64,000 nt of DNA from Myxococcota bacterium (lineage in GTDB: Bacteria; Myxococcota_A; Bradymonadia; UBA7976; UBA1532): contig JAYZEG010000062.1 of NCBI GenBank assembly GCA_036337435.1, forward strand, positions 32,001 to 96,000, written 5' to 3'. The notes under the pieces are model-generated. The model searched no databases. It had not been told where the DNA came from and worked only from the letters and a program-made list of their open reading frames with translations. A program made the position numbers and the translations under genes. The stretch's first letter is position 1. The number at the start of each line of letters is the position of its first letter. This document shows positions 38,292-48,122 of the stretch, in pieces.

Positions 38292-41200
38292 TCAGTGTTC
38301 GTATTTAAGGCCCACGCTGAAGCTACGTCCCACAATCCCACGCGCTTGAATGAGGTCGCCAGCACGCCGCTCCATGGCTTGATTGATTAAATTCTTGGCT
38401 TTTAATTTCAGGGCTAGGCCACCACCGAGACGCATGCCGAACACGAAGTCCAGCAGGTTCTGGGGTTGTTCGTAGATATCGGGAAGACTGCTTGTGCCGA
38501 CCTCCACAATCCGCCGTCCGGAGACATTGTAGAGGAGGTTCCATTGCCAAAGACTGCGCGGGGCCTCATAGCCCAGTTGCAGATTAATGACATAAGCAGA
38601 CTGTCCTTCCAGGGGTCTCTTGCTCGATGTCTCACACCCATCGCTCTGTCCCAGATCGACATTTGAGTCGATGACAGCCACATTGCCCGAGAAAAATGTC
38701 CTGTCCAGTCCGATAAAATCAAAGGCTTTTCGCCACGCGAGTTCGGCGCCGAGGTTGGTGGCCGATGGCGAATTTCGGAATGTCAGGGTTTTGTCTGCAC
38801 CGCAGCTGATTTTAGTTTCAATGGGGTCGGTGAAATACTTAAAGAAACCGGCGAGAGAAATGCTGTCTCGCGCGTTGAAATAATATTCCCAACGCAGGTC
38901 ATAATGGTCGATCAAGGCTCGGTTTAAATCAGGATTACCGACCACAGATTGTCGATTGGTTACATCATCGAATCGTGCCGGCGAGAGCTCGCGAAATTCT
39001 GGACGACTGACCGTTCGGCCATATCCAGCGCGCAGTTGCATTGCGTCGGTCATCACCCAGGTGGTGCTGGCCGACGGCAAGAGGTCTAGGTTTTTCAGGT
39101 TTGCGTTGACAGGCTCATCGCCTGAGAACGGCGAAAAGGTAGATACATTTTGTTCGGCACTCTCCAGCCGCAGGCCGCCCATCAGTCTTAAGCGATTCAA
39201 CAAGCCGACTTCAGAGGCCAAATAACCTGCATAGACTTTTTGTTTCGCCTTATAGTCATCGGTGGTCTGAGTGGTATTGAGGAGTCGATACTGACCTTGC
39301 TCATTGCCGATATTCTCTCGAGCAAAGAGAACATCAAGGCTTTCAACTTGACGCGTAGGCCCTTGGAATTTGTATCTGCGAGTCTCGACAAGTCGCTCTC
39401 GATTCAGTGTGGCACCACCGACCTCGACATAGGACTTGGCACGACCTGCTTTGGCTTCGCTCAGCAGATAACGTGCCGACGCCCTGACCTCGTGAGCTGT
39501 ATCGTCTAGATCGCTGAAAAAACGACGATTGCCTTCAGGCTTTGCAGACAGACCGAACGGGTCGTCTGTACCGATACTGCGGTCGTACTGGGAAATCCGT
39601 CGATTGGGCTCCAAACGGTCGGCGAGAGACAGTCCGTAGTTCCATTTCAATTCCAGATTAGGCAGGTCATGTTCGCCTCGAACTTGTTGAGTAAAAAGCT
39701 CTCGTTCTACCCACCGAAGCCGTTGGACGATGACATCTGAGCGCTCGTCGACGTTTGTGCCAACGAATTGACTGGCTTCGTCATCGGTGTTCCTCAGCAG
39801 AAGACTTGTGGTTGCGATTTTGTGGTTACGGCCAATATCCAGACCCAGTTCAAGGATGCCGCTCGCTTGGATTGTGCGAGTGAGGCTGTCGATTCGACCG
39901 CCATCGCTGACCTCCAATTGTCCAGCGCTGATTCTAAATGTGTTTCGGGTCATTTGCTGCCGGTTCCAGCCCTGGTCGTATTGGATACTCGCGACACCAC
40001 CGAATTTGATGCGGCCTTGGTCGTTGAGATAGCCACCGGAAACCGACCCACCAAAGTCCAAAGGCACCTGAGTACGATGGCTGTTGTAGGTGTCAGGAAA
40101 CGCACGACCTAACTCGGTTAACTCATCTGGCGAAAGGCAGTTCTCTCTGGTGGTGATACTGCACAGCTTGAGCGCTGTTCGGTCGGTCTCGGCTGCGACA
40201 TTGGCTGGGAGGGCTCGAGCACCCGAATCAATGCCTAAGTAATCATAGTCGCCGCCTTCATAGGTCAATCCATCAGTAAACGTGCTTCCTGTGCGACCCC
40301 CCATTGAGATGGATGCCTCTAGGAATGATGACTCTGGGAGGCGTTTTGTCCTCAGTTGGACAACCCCACCTCCAAACTCACCTGATTGGTCCGAAGAAAA
40401 GGTTTTTTGGACGACGACGCTGCTGAGGATCCCTGTTGGAAACATATCGAGGGGGACAACGCGCCGCTCCGGTTCTGGACTTGGCAAGAACATGCCGTTC
40501 AAGGTCGTACTCGAATAGCGTTCTCCCATTCCTCTGACGTAGATGTACTTACCGCCCACAATGGTCAGACCGGTCACCCGCTTGAGTGCACTGGCCGCAC
40601 TGCTGTCTCCCGTTTGTGCCATTTGCTCTGCACCGATGACATCGACCACATTACTGGTCTCGCGTCGCTCTGAGACCAAGGCGGCGACGCCCCCTTCGAT
40701 ATACGGGGCGGTGACGACAAATTCTTCCAACTCGGGGTTGGCGATTTCCATGACGATGTCATCGAGTTTTTGGGACTGGTCTTTTAAAACGTCTATTTCA
40801 TCAGCCCGAGCGTTTCGATACCCAGCTCGAATAAAGGACAGTGCGGTCTTTCCAACGCCGACGCGCAGTTTGTATTCGCCCTGACGGTTGGTTGTTGCAG
40901 TCGCATTCTGGCCCAGTACAAAGACCTGAACACCACGCAGGGGCTTGCCTGATTTTGTCACACAGCGACCCTCGATAGTGCCGAATGCGCTGATGGCCTC
41001 CTGCGCTTTGGTTTGTTGGGTGACCTTCCTCTGTTCGATGCTAACGAGCGCGTCTAGGTCGATATGTAATGTGACGATGACTTCTGTGACCTCGCCTTCC
41101 ATTGTCACCACGTTTGAAATCGATACCGAACGAGCCGGCGTGAACAACCTCAGGTTGAAATTTCCTGGTTTTTGCTCAAGAAAAATTCGGCCATCTTGGT

Positions 41201-41354
41201 TTGTTTGTCCCTTTTTTTGACCATCGATCTCGAGGGTCACACCGGGCAAGGGTGCATGGCCGCCGTCTCCATCGAATACGTAGATTCGTAGGCCTGCAGC
41301 GTGTCCTAGATTACTGAGAAGTAAAGCAGCAGTAATGAACCAAACTAATCGCAT
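38292..41354 (-). CDS. TonB-dependent outer-membrane receptor with two N-terminal carboxypeptidase-regulatory-like domains
   Basis: Signal peptide; TonB-box-like LEEFVVTA; plug ALKRVTGLT...VRGMGERY; VPLDMFP; RPEFREL; GNPDL; C-terminal GRSFSVGLKYEH. Confidence 0.93.
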   Translation of the reverse strand: MRLVWFITAALLLSNLGHAAGLRIYVFDGDGGHAPLPGVTLEIDGQKKGQTNQDGRIFLEQKPGNFNLRLFTPARSVSISNVVTMEGEVTEVIVTLHIDLDALVSIEQRKVTQQTKAQEAISAFGTIEGRCVTKSGKPLRGVQVFVLGQNATATTNRQGEYKLRVGVGKTALSFIRAGYRNARADEIDVLKDQSQKLDDIVMEIANPELEEFVVTAPYIEGGVAALVSERRETSNVVDVIGAEQMAQTGDSSAASALKRVTGLTIVGGKYIYVRGMGERYSSTTLNGMFLPSPEPERRVVPLDMFPTGILSSVVVQKTFSSDQSGEFGGGVVQLRTKRLPESSFLEASISMGGRTGSTFTDGLTYEGGDYDYLGIDSGARALPANVAAETDRTALKLCSITTRENCLSPDELTELGRAFPDTYNSHRTQVPLDFGGSVSGGYLNDQGRIKFGGVASIQYDQGWNRQQMTRNTFRISAGQLEVSDGGRIDSLTRTIQASGILELGLDIGRNHKIATTSLLLRNTDDEASQFVGTNVDERSDVIVQRLRWVERELFTQQVRGEHDLPNLELKWNYGLSLADRLEPNRRISQYDRSIGTDDPFGLSAKPEGNRRFFSDLDDTAHEVRASARYLLSEAKAGRAKSYVEVGGATLNRERLVETRRYKFQGPTRQVESLDVLFARENIGNEQGQYRLLNTTQTTDDYKAKQKVYAGYLASEVGLLNRLRLMGGLRLESAEQNVSTFSPFSGDEPVNANLKNLDLLPSASTTWVMTDAMQLRAGYGRTVSRPEFRELSPARFDDVTNRQSVVGNPDLNRALIDHYDLRWEYYFNARDSISLAGFFKYFTDPIETKISCGADKTLTFRNSPSATNLGAELAWRKAFDFIGLDRTFFSGNVAVIDSNVDLGQSDGCETSSKRPLEGQSAYVINLQLGYEAPRSLWQWNLLYNVSGRRIVEVGTSSLPDIYEQPQNLLDFVFGMRLGGGLALKLKAKNLINQAMERRAGDLIQARGIVGRSFSVGLKYEH

Positions 41355-42484
41355 AGTGTCTTGTCTCGACGGCAATCGGCCATGGCCTTGCGAAGCTTTG
41401 CCGCGCGATTGAAGAGACTCGGGTTGGTCAAGCGCTTGAGGTGACGTTCCGTCTTTTTAAAATCCCGCGTCCTGAAATAGGCGTAGGCCAGCGCATAGCG
41501 CAGCTCCTCGTCTTGCCCCAATATGTCCAAGCGAGATAGACGAGGGGCGAGCGCTGTGACCGCTTCGAAGCGTTCTAAATCAAGGAGGATTGCAAGCCTT
41601 TGTTTCAACTTCGTTGTCTGTTCCAGGATGCGACCATTCGCCGCCAATGCTTTGTGACCTGACCCAAGTTCTCGATAAATCTCGGCGGCATCCCGCGCGT
41701 ATTTCTCTTCTTTCTCAGACGCGTTTAGAAACTGTCTCGCTGCAGTTACTGGGTAACCGGCAGACAGCCATGCATGGGCTGCTTGAGCTTTGATTCGATT
41801 GTCATCTGGATAGGTGAGCATCGCTTTTTCGAGGACTCGGATGGCAGATTTAGATTCTTTGGCTTTGAGTAGTGCCTCCGCTAGAAACAAGACATCATCC
41901 GCCGTTGAATCTGCTGCTTTTACAAAATTCAATCCAACATCAGCCGCTGATTGATAAAGACCAAGTTCGATCAAGCGTTGGATATTTTTACGACCAAAAT
42001 CTCGCTGTTCCGGAAACAGCGTTTGCGCGCGTGACAGAACATGGAGAGCGCGATCGTAGTCTTTCAACGTCCATGCGCACTCACTCCGGATAATTAGGAA
42101 ATCAGGGTCAGTCCATGCTTTATCGCCAGCCGCATCCAAAGCCGCTTCGACTGTCTCACATTGGTTTAGCGCATAGGCGCATCGGGCGCGTGACAAGTGA
42201 ATATCGTCACTCGCTTTACCTAACTCGATAATCTTGTCGAAATTTTTAAGTGCCAGTTCAAAACGCTTAAGCCGCATATTTAAAACAGCAGATACGGTGT
42301 AGTAGCGGACCTGATCTAAAGTCTCATCGGTTTTATCGACCTGTTCTAGTGCAGCTGCAGCCCGTTTGAGGTACCCGTCTTGGAGCATGACTGTCGCCAA
42401 TGCCAAATGGTCGATCTCGGCCTGGTCATTGGCATGGGCAGGCAGACAGCAGAGGAGGCTGCATATGAGCAGGACAAGACGCAT
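41345..42484 (-). CDS. Exported TPR protein (occupies the TtpD position of a TonB2-type operon)
   Basis: Signal peptide ending AHA; TPR repeats; lies directly after tonB. Confidence 0.8.
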   Translation of the reverse strand: MRLVLLICSLLCCLPAHANDQAEIDHLALATVMLQDGYLKRAAAALEQVDKTDETLDQVRYYTVSAVLNMRLKRFELALKNFDKIIELGKASDDIHLSRARCAYALNQCETVEAALDAAGDKAWTDPDFLIIRSECAWTLKDYDRALHVLSRAQTLFPEQRDFGRKNIQRLIELGLYQSAADVGLNFVKAADSTADDVLFLAEALLKAKESKSAIRVLEKAMLTYPDDNRIKAQAAHAWLSAGYPVTAARQFLNASEKEEKYARDAAEIYRELGSGHKALAANGRILEQTTKLKQRLAILLDLERFEAVTALAPRLSRLDILGQDEELRYALAYAYFRTRDFKKTERHLKRLTNPSLFNRAAKLRKAMADCRRDKTLCD

Positions 42485-42486
42485 CC

Positions 42487-43134
42487 TTAGGCTCCGCGGC
42501 TCAATTTAAAGCGGATGGTTTGCTCGACCATGACGGTCTGGGCTTTACCTTTGTACATCCCGGGTCGGAACGTCCAACGCTCGATGGCTTGCCGCGCGGC
42601 TTCTTCAAAGACGCCCGCTGGTTTTGAGCGGATGACTTTAGCACTTTGAATCTCGCCATGTGAGCCGATGATCAGAGAGAATGAAACAAACCCTGTTACA
42701 CCGTCTTTCCTTGCCTGCATTGGATACTTTGGACTCACCTTTCGGGTGGCCTTAGGTGGCTCATCGACGGTCGCACTGGTCATCAATAGGTTTTTGCCAC
42801 CCGTCTTTTGTAGAAGCGAATCTCCATTGTCATCACTGGTTCGACCGAATCGAGTCTCATTGCCTAAATCAACGCCCGACAAAGCACTTGAGAGTTTCGG
42901 CTGTGGGGCCATACGTCTTACTGTACGCGGCTTCGCCCGTCGAGGCTTTGGTCTAGCCGCCTTCTTTTTCGGCTTTGGCTTTATTTTCTTAATCTCGACA
43001 TTGGCGGTCACCCGTCTCTCTTCTTTCTTGGGTGGTTGCGTGTATCGATTCATCACGATCATTAAGGTGAGGACCAAACCAACACCGAAGACCATGATGA
43101 CCAAAGAGCCAAGAATTTGCGTCAGACGATTCAT
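42487..43134 (-). CDS. tonB: Energy transducer TonB
   Basis: N-terminal TM helix, Lys/Pro-rich linker, PKYPMQAR..GV.G.V, FEEAA..A...W.FRP. Confidence 0.92.
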   Translation of the reverse strand: MNRLTQILGSLVIMVFGVGLVLTLMIVMNRYTQPPKKEERRVTANVEIKKIKPKPKKKAARPKPRRAKPRTVRRMAPQPKLSSALSGVDLGNETRFGRTSDDNGDSLLQKTGGKNLLMTSATVDEPPKATRKVSPKYPMQARKDGVTGFVSFSLIIGSHGEIQSAKVIRSKPAGVFEEAARQAIERWTFRPGMYKGKAQTVMVEQTIRFKLSRGA

Positions 43135-43541
43135 CAGGTCGCCTCACGTTCCGTGGCGACAGCGACATCTTTGGCTCCAGCCAGTCTGCATTGGTCGATG
43201 ACGGTCAGCAGCTGCTGTGCTTTGACACCCGCATCGGTAATCACCAGAACGGGTCGATCTTTGGCACCACGGAGCAACTCTCTGACGGTGCCTTGCAAGA
43301 GCCAAGGGCGTACTGCTCGACCTGAGACATAGGTGTCTCCTCGTCGGTCGATGGTCACCCGAATCGCCTTTGTGGATGCAGGTTTTGCGCTGGACGCAGA
43401 GGGTCGGTCCAGCTCCACTTGAGCATCCTTGACGAAGGTGGTGGTAACCATAAAGAAAATGAGAAGGATGAAGACCATATCGATGAGTGGCGATATGTCA
43501 ACGCCGGCTTCCTCAGCCTGTCTTCGTCGTCGATTCATCAT
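43134..43541 (-). CDS. exbD: Biopolymer transport protein ExbD
   Basis: DISPLIDMVFILLIFFMVTTTF. Confidence 0.93.
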   Translation of the reverse strand: MMNRRRRQAEEAGVDISPLIDMVFILLIFFMVTTTFVKDAQVELDRPSASSAKPASTKAIRVTIDRRGDTYVSGRAVRPWLLQGTVRELLRGAKDRPVLVITDAGVKAQQLLTVIDQCRLAGAKDVAVATEREAT

Positions 43542-43542
43542 G

Positions 43543-44139
43543 TCAATGTCCTCCTCTATTAAGACATGCCACAGACACCAGTTGGTCTAGGTCGTTTTCA
43601 AGTTGAAATTGCTTCCGGTCCAACAAGCGACCGACAATGACGCCTGGAATAGCCACAACCAAGCCCATCTGCGTTGTCAAAAGAGCTTGTGAAATGCCGC
43701 CCGCAACACCACCCGACGCGGCGAATAGGGCTTGATTACCGAGGGAGTCGAAGGTCTCAATCATCCCCGAAACGGTCCCTAATAGACCCGCTAATGGGGC
43801 GATGATGACAATGCTTTTGACCAGCACTCGATTGCGGTTAAGAGAACGTTTGAGCGGATAAAGGGCCTCGTAGAAGGCAGCCGATTGATCCGCTTCATCT
43901 AAGGTCTTGTCCTCGACCTTTTTCACCGATGCCCAAGCTTGGCCCAGTACACCCCTTTTGGGGACTGAACCCTGGCTGATTCTGAGTCCGAAGTCGCCTC
44001 GGAATCCACGGCGCAGGAAGAGCGCTCGGTCGCCTAAGCCGTACCAAAGAACAAAGGTACAGATAATGAGGGGCGGCATGACGAAGCCGCCTTCAGCCAT
44101 ATACGCGCTCAGTTCGATTAAGAGTAAGTCCACAGACAT
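43543..44139 (-). CDS. exbB: MotA/TolQ/ExbB proton channel ExbB
   Basis: APLAGLLGTVSGMIETF; GGISQALLTTQMGLVVAIP. Confidence 0.9.
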   Translation of the reverse strand: MSVDLLLIELSAYMAEGGFVMPPLIICTFVLWYGLGDRALFLRRGFRGDFGLRISQGSVPKRGVLGQAWASVKKVEDKTLDEADQSAAFYEALYPLKRSLNRNRVLVKSIVIIAPLAGLLGTVSGMIETFDSLGNQALFAASGGVAGGISQALLTTQMGLVVAIPGVIVGRLLDRKQFQLENDLDQLVSVACLNRGGH

Positions 44140-44142
44140 GAC

Positions 44143-45564
44143 TTATGCAGGCTTTCCTGTCGCTGTCAGCGCACCGTCCCAATTGGCGTTTGTCTCAGCC
44201 GACTGAGATGCGCGCTTTCGGCAGCGAACCGCATTGATTAAGCGCAGTGCACCAAATTCCAGGTTCCCCTTCATCTTGGTTGCCCAGCCGTTGAGAATGT
44301 TGCCGAAAAGAAGTGTCGGAATCGCGACACACAACCCAAGTTCAGTGGTCACAAGTGCTTCGGAAATACCGCCACTTAAAAGCTTTGGGTTACCCGTGCC
44401 GAATTCAGTGATGACATCGAAGGTCGAGATCATGCCTGTCACCGTTCCGAGAAGACCCAGCAGTGGAGCGACGGCAGCGATTACGAGAATGATTGAGCCA
44501 AAGCGGTCAAGGTAGCCTTCCTCGACGACCATTCGCTCACTAAACACGCGCTCCAAGTCGTCCCTGTCTTCTTTTAGAACAGGCGTCAATGCGGCTAAAA
44601 TTCGCGCGCCCGCGCCTCGCTTGGTCTCGCAAAACTTGGAGGCTTCCATCAGGTCACCTCGGTAGACAACATCCTCAATTCGATCCCAGAGACGCTCTGT
44701 GTTTGTCCCCGCGAAGACCAGCAGAAGCGCACGAATGACGAGCAGTAACATGGCCAAAATACCCAGGCCGACGATCACCCAGGCGATCACACCACCGCTG
44801 TTAATGATTTCGAGTACTGTCTTTTCCTTTGGGGGCTCAAAGTTCTTTGTCGTGTTCTCAAATAAGAACAACTTGATTTGGGCTTCTTGTCGACCTTCGA
44901 TGAGCGCCCTGGCTGTATCAGCGCCTTGGGGCGGGTCGAGTTTGAAATGGCCATTACCTGCTGGCGTCAGCGCACCCGCCTGGCCACCGGCAACGCCGTA
45001 GACGGCCACTTTTCCGACTTTCAACAGTGTGCCGTTGACTTGCTTGCCATCGGATAGGAAAAACTCGCCGGGCTCGCGTCTGACTTGGCCGCCTTGTTCG
45101 AGAGACTTAAACGATAAGTCAAAACCGGTGAGGATCTGACCGGCCTCTCGCTTGAGTCTATCTTCGGCACTCTCCCCGTCGACCGCCCCCATCTTGGGCT
45201 TCCAGACAACGCCTTCAGACTCAAGTCCGCGACTGATTTGGTCTCCTAAACCAGTCAGGGCTTCTTCACTTTCACCCAGTGCATCCACTTGTCTTTCTAA
45301 ATCCACCATGGCATCGGCCATGGCGTCGGACTCGGTGGTTTGCTGAACGATTTGGCGCTGAAGTCCGGCTAAAACAACCTTGCTTCGGCCGGCTTCTTGT
45401 CTCAGAGCACGCTTTGCTTTTTGAAGCCTTTTCTCCAAGACGGCCTGTTCGGATTCAAGAAATGCAAACTCTTTTTTAAATGCGTCACGAAGTGTCCCAC
45501 TCTCTGGCTTTGCCATGAGGAGAGTCGGCGTCATTAGACACGCCAATAAGATTGATAAACGCAT
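44143..45564 (-). CDS. Large ExbB-family protein with a periplasmic coiled-coil N-terminus (TtpC-like)
   Basis: Signal peptide, coiled coil, then SGG..AW.I and APLLGLLGTVTGMISTF...GGISEALVTTELGL. Confidence 0.88.
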   Translation of the reverse strand: MRLSILLACLMTPTLLMAKPESGTLRDAFKKEFAFLESEQAVLEKRLQKAKRALRQEAGRSKVVLAGLQRQIVQQTTESDAMADAMVDLERQVDALGESEEALTGLGDQISRGLESEGVVWKPKMGAVDGESAEDRLKREAGQILTGFDLSFKSLEQGGQVRREPGEFFLSDGKQVNGTLLKVGKVAVYGVAGGQAGALTPAGNGHFKLDPPQGADTARALIEGRQEAQIKLFLFENTTKNFEPPKEKTVLEIINSGGVIAWVIVGLGILAMLLLVIRALLLVFAGTNTERLWDRIEDVVYRGDLMEASKFCETKRGAGARILAALTPVLKEDRDDLERVFSERMVVEEGYLDRFGSIILVIAAVAPLLGLLGTVTGMISTFDVITEFGTGNPKLLSGGISEALVTTELGLCVAIPTLLFGNILNGWATKMKGNLEFGALRLINAVRCRKRASQSAETNANWDGALTATGKPA

Positions 45565-46356
45565 TTAACGTCCCTCCGGCATGGGCAGCATATTGGGGAG
45601 GTCGAATAGACCCACTCGAATTTGTTTTTTAAAGGAGTCGAAGAGGTGGTTGATTTGAAGACGACCGCGCTCTTCATCGACAAAGGTTGTCGTCCAGCCT
45701 GAATCGGACCGTGTTACCAAACCCACTCGGCCTGTACCTGTTCGAAAGTAAAGACCGATGGTTCCGATTCGCACCACATCGACCATGAGCTTTTGGCCAT
45801 CTACGGTGACGGTGTCTCTGTACAACCCCGTCTCTTTAGCCATTTGACGTTCATCTTCTATCAATGACCAAAGCCGAGTGAGTGCCGATCTTGGGCTGAG
45901 AAGTCCACCACTGAGTTTCTGGGTAATCAAGTCGACTTCGGCCAATCGTTCGCCTTGTCTAAATGGAAGGCTTGTCTCGACATATCTTTTGAGTGCAGCA
46001 GCATTTTTCTCAAATATGGGCAAAAGGGCCGCATCGCGTTCTTTAGACGCTTCGATGAGTACTTTCTTTCTCTGCATGGCCTCTGTGAGCTGTGCGTGAC
46101 GCACGGATTCACGTTGTAATTCGGCGTCTAATTGCGCTTTTTGGTTCTCAAATGCGCGTTGTTTGGCACGTCGTTCACGCTTCTTGTTTTCTAACTCTTC
46201 TGTGAGTTCTTCGACCTTTGAGCGCTTCTCGACCAAGGACTTGATGAGGGCGTCCGCATCTTTAACAGTGGCCTTAGAATAGGCGGCCATTGGGCTCATA
46301 CACAGCAGGGCTGCGCTTATGAAAATTTGTGTATGACTCGTCATCATAGTCTCCAT
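45565..46356 (-). CDS. DUF3450 family periplasmic protein (TtpB-like)
   Basis: Signal peptide, coiled coil, SLPFRQGER, VRIGTIGLYFRT, FDLP; lies before the TtpC-like gene. Confidence 0.85.
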   Translation of the reverse strand: METMMTSHTQIFISAALLCMSPMAAYSKATVKDADALIKSLVEKRSKVEELTEELENKKRERRAKQRAFENQKAQLDAELQRESVRHAQLTEAMQRKKVLIEASKERDAALLPIFEKNAAALKRYVETSLPFRQGERLAEVDLITQKLSGGLLSPRSALTRLWSLIEDERQMAKETGLYRDTVTVDGQKLMVDVVRIGTIGLYFRTGTGRVGLVTRSDSGWTTTFVDEERGRLQINHLFDSFKKQIRVGLFDLPNMLPMPEGR

Positions 46357-46377
46357 CGATTCGCTCTAAACTTTCCT

Positions 46378-46447
46378 GTTTTCAGATCGTTTTTTTGACC
46401 GATCTGAAAACAAGAAAGCCCTCGCGAAAAATCAACGTCGCGAGGGT
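46378..46447 (-). terminator. Double hairpin: terminator after the lipoprotein gene plus a second stem-loop
   Basis: Stem 46418-27/46438-47 (GCCCTCGCGA / TCGCGAGGGT) followed on the minus strand by TTTCTTGTTTT. Second 12-bp stem at 46378-89/46400-11. Confidence 0.75.
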
Positions 46448-46490
46448 CATTCTTTAACCGACTTTGTCGCCGGCTTATGGGGTCTAAGAC

Positions 46491-47849
46491 TTACTCGAGA
46501 CCGATGGTCCAGCCAGCAGTCCAATCCTCGTCACCGACGGCACCGATGAATGCTGTGTTGTCGAACCAAGCAGCGAGCTCGATGGCGTCTGCAGGGCTCA
46601 GCAGCATTGAGTCGCTTGCAGGCATATAGTTCTCGAGGACAGTCTCGTCGGTTGTCACGTTGCTACCAGCGCGGCTGAAGATGCTCTCAGCTGTGCATGC
46701 GGCTGTGAATTCTGCAGGATCAGGCTCTTCAATCTGAGTCTCACAATTGAGGACTAAGTTGCTCAATGTGATGAGACTTGCGTCTGCATCACAGCTGTTG
46801 GCAAATGTGGCCTCATTGTCGAGAACGAGGCATGCATCGCCGAATCCGCTGACGACCGAGTTAGCGATTGTGACGCCTGTGCCTTCGCGGATGAGCATAC
46901 CGATGTCGGTGTTCTCGTTTCCGATAAAAGTCAGGTTAGCCAGTGTTGGGTTCGAACGAGGCAAGAAATCATTGTTCGCCTTGTTGTTGTCAGCTTCAAT
47001 GCCATTGTCGCCGTCATCCTCGTACTGTTTAACGATGGCGTATTGGATATTGCCGACCCAACCGTCCGTCCAATCGATGCTGTCATCACCAGCACCTGTT
47101 ATAACGACATGCTTGGCTGAGACAGTGCCACCGAAGAATTCGATGCCGTCATCCTTGTTCATGTGGACTTGGATGTAATCAACGACAGTCCCGCTACCAA
47201 CACCTTGGAATGCGATGCCATTGAGTTCGTTGTCTTCGCTGAACAACGTACCGGCATACTCGACGCGGACGTACTTGAGGGTGCCGCTGTTGTCTTCTGG
47301 ATTATCGCCGCCGTACGTGCCGGTGCTGCCTTCACCCTCTGCAGAGCAAGGGGCTGCGTCACAGCCGTTGATGGGTGCATACCCATTGATGATAAGGCCG
47401 CCCCAATCTCCGCGGTCTTTCTGGCCTTCCAATTGGTCAGATGTAAATACGATGGGTGCGTCTGCTGTCCCAACAGCTTCGATTTTTGAGCCGCGGTCGA
47501 TGATTAATGTACCAGGGGACCCAGGGTCTTTGATGCCGTAGATGGTTGTGCCAGGCTCGATTGTGAGAACAGTCTCGGCTGTGCCATCACCAATGAAAAC
47601 AGGGCCGCTGAGAATGTATTGATTGTTTGCTGTCAATGTCAGGTCTGTTGTAATGCGTCCTTCTAGAGCGCAGAACTCGGCGACCTCGGCAGTCCCCGCT
47701 GGGCATCCAGCGGTGGGCTCGGTTGGCTCAGTTGGAGCCATGTTTCCTGAATTGGCGTCGCTTGTACTCTCCTCTGCACCACCGCAAGCAACCATGCTGG
47801 CCACAGCGATTAAACAAAGAAGCAGTCTCGCGTTTAATTGATTTTTCAT
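46491..47849 (-). CDS. Acidic surface lipoprotein with a beta-helix-type core (resembles ElpS-type phosphate-starvation lipoproteins)
   Basis: AAGGAG RBS; lipobox SMVAC; PTEPTEPT linker; LTIEPGT, GTADAPIVFTS, GDWGGL, DNSGTLKYVRVEYAG, DDGIEFFGG, DWTAGWT. Confidence 0.8.
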   Translation of the reverse strand: MKNQLNARLLLCLIAVASMVACGGAEESTSDANSGNMAPTEPTEPTAGCPAGTAEVAEFCALEGRITTDLTLTANNQYILSGPVFIGDGTAETVLTIEPGTTIYGIKDPGSPGTLIIDRGSKIEAVGTADAPIVFTSDQLEGQKDRGDWGGLIINGYAPINGCDAAPCSAEGEGSTGTYGGDNPEDNSGTLKYVRVEYAGTLFSEDNELNGIAFQGVGSGTVVDYIQVHMNKDDGIEFFGGTVSAKHVVITGAGDDSIDWTDGWVGNIQYAIVKQYEDDGDNGIEADNNKANNDFLPRSNPTLANLTFIGNENTDIGMLIREGTGVTIANSVVSGFGDACLVLDNEATFANSCDADASLITLSNLVLNCETQIEEPDPAEFTAACTAESIFSRAGSNVTTDETVLENYMPASDSMLLSPADAIELAAWFDNTAFIGAVGDEDWTAGWTIGLE

Positions 47850-47952
47850 GATTCGAATCTCCTTTTCTTCAGAATTGATTTTGTTCCGAGTGTATCCACT
47901 CAAGCTCAGACCCGTCGGAACCCGAGCGACAGGGAGCGTTTCCGATCTGATT

Positions 47953-47981
47953 GTGACAAATTGATGGCACTTTGGTGCCCT
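47953..47981 (-). promoter_or_regulatory. Pho-box-like 11-bp tandem repeats upstream of the lipoprotein/TonB operon
   Basis: Minus strand reads AGGGCAC-CAAA-GTGCCAT-CAAT-TTGTCAC, compared with the PhoB consensus CTGTCAT-N4. Confidence 0.5.
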
Positions 47982-47999
47982 GATGGAAAAAACAGCAAC

Positions 48000-48017
48000 G
48001 TGTCACTCAACTGACAC
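48000..48017. promoter_or_regulatory. Candidate regulator site GTGTCA-N6-TGACAC (palindrome, also an 11-bp direct repeat)
   Basis: GTGTCACTCAACTGACAC is present at this position. Confidence 0.4.
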
Positions 48018-48122
48018 AGAATGGATGCATTGGTGTTTCTAGACGGCGATCTTCAGAGCTGCACTGCTCTGGGTCATAGGGGGTTTTGACCGAGTGTTTT
48101 TATCTGACTTGGACCCAGTCGC

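Noticed and set aside
47965..47980. Sigma-54 promoter (TGGCAC...TGC)
   Set aside because: On the + strand the GG-to-GC spacing is 9 nt, not the required 10. The minus-strand reading lacks the TGGC context.
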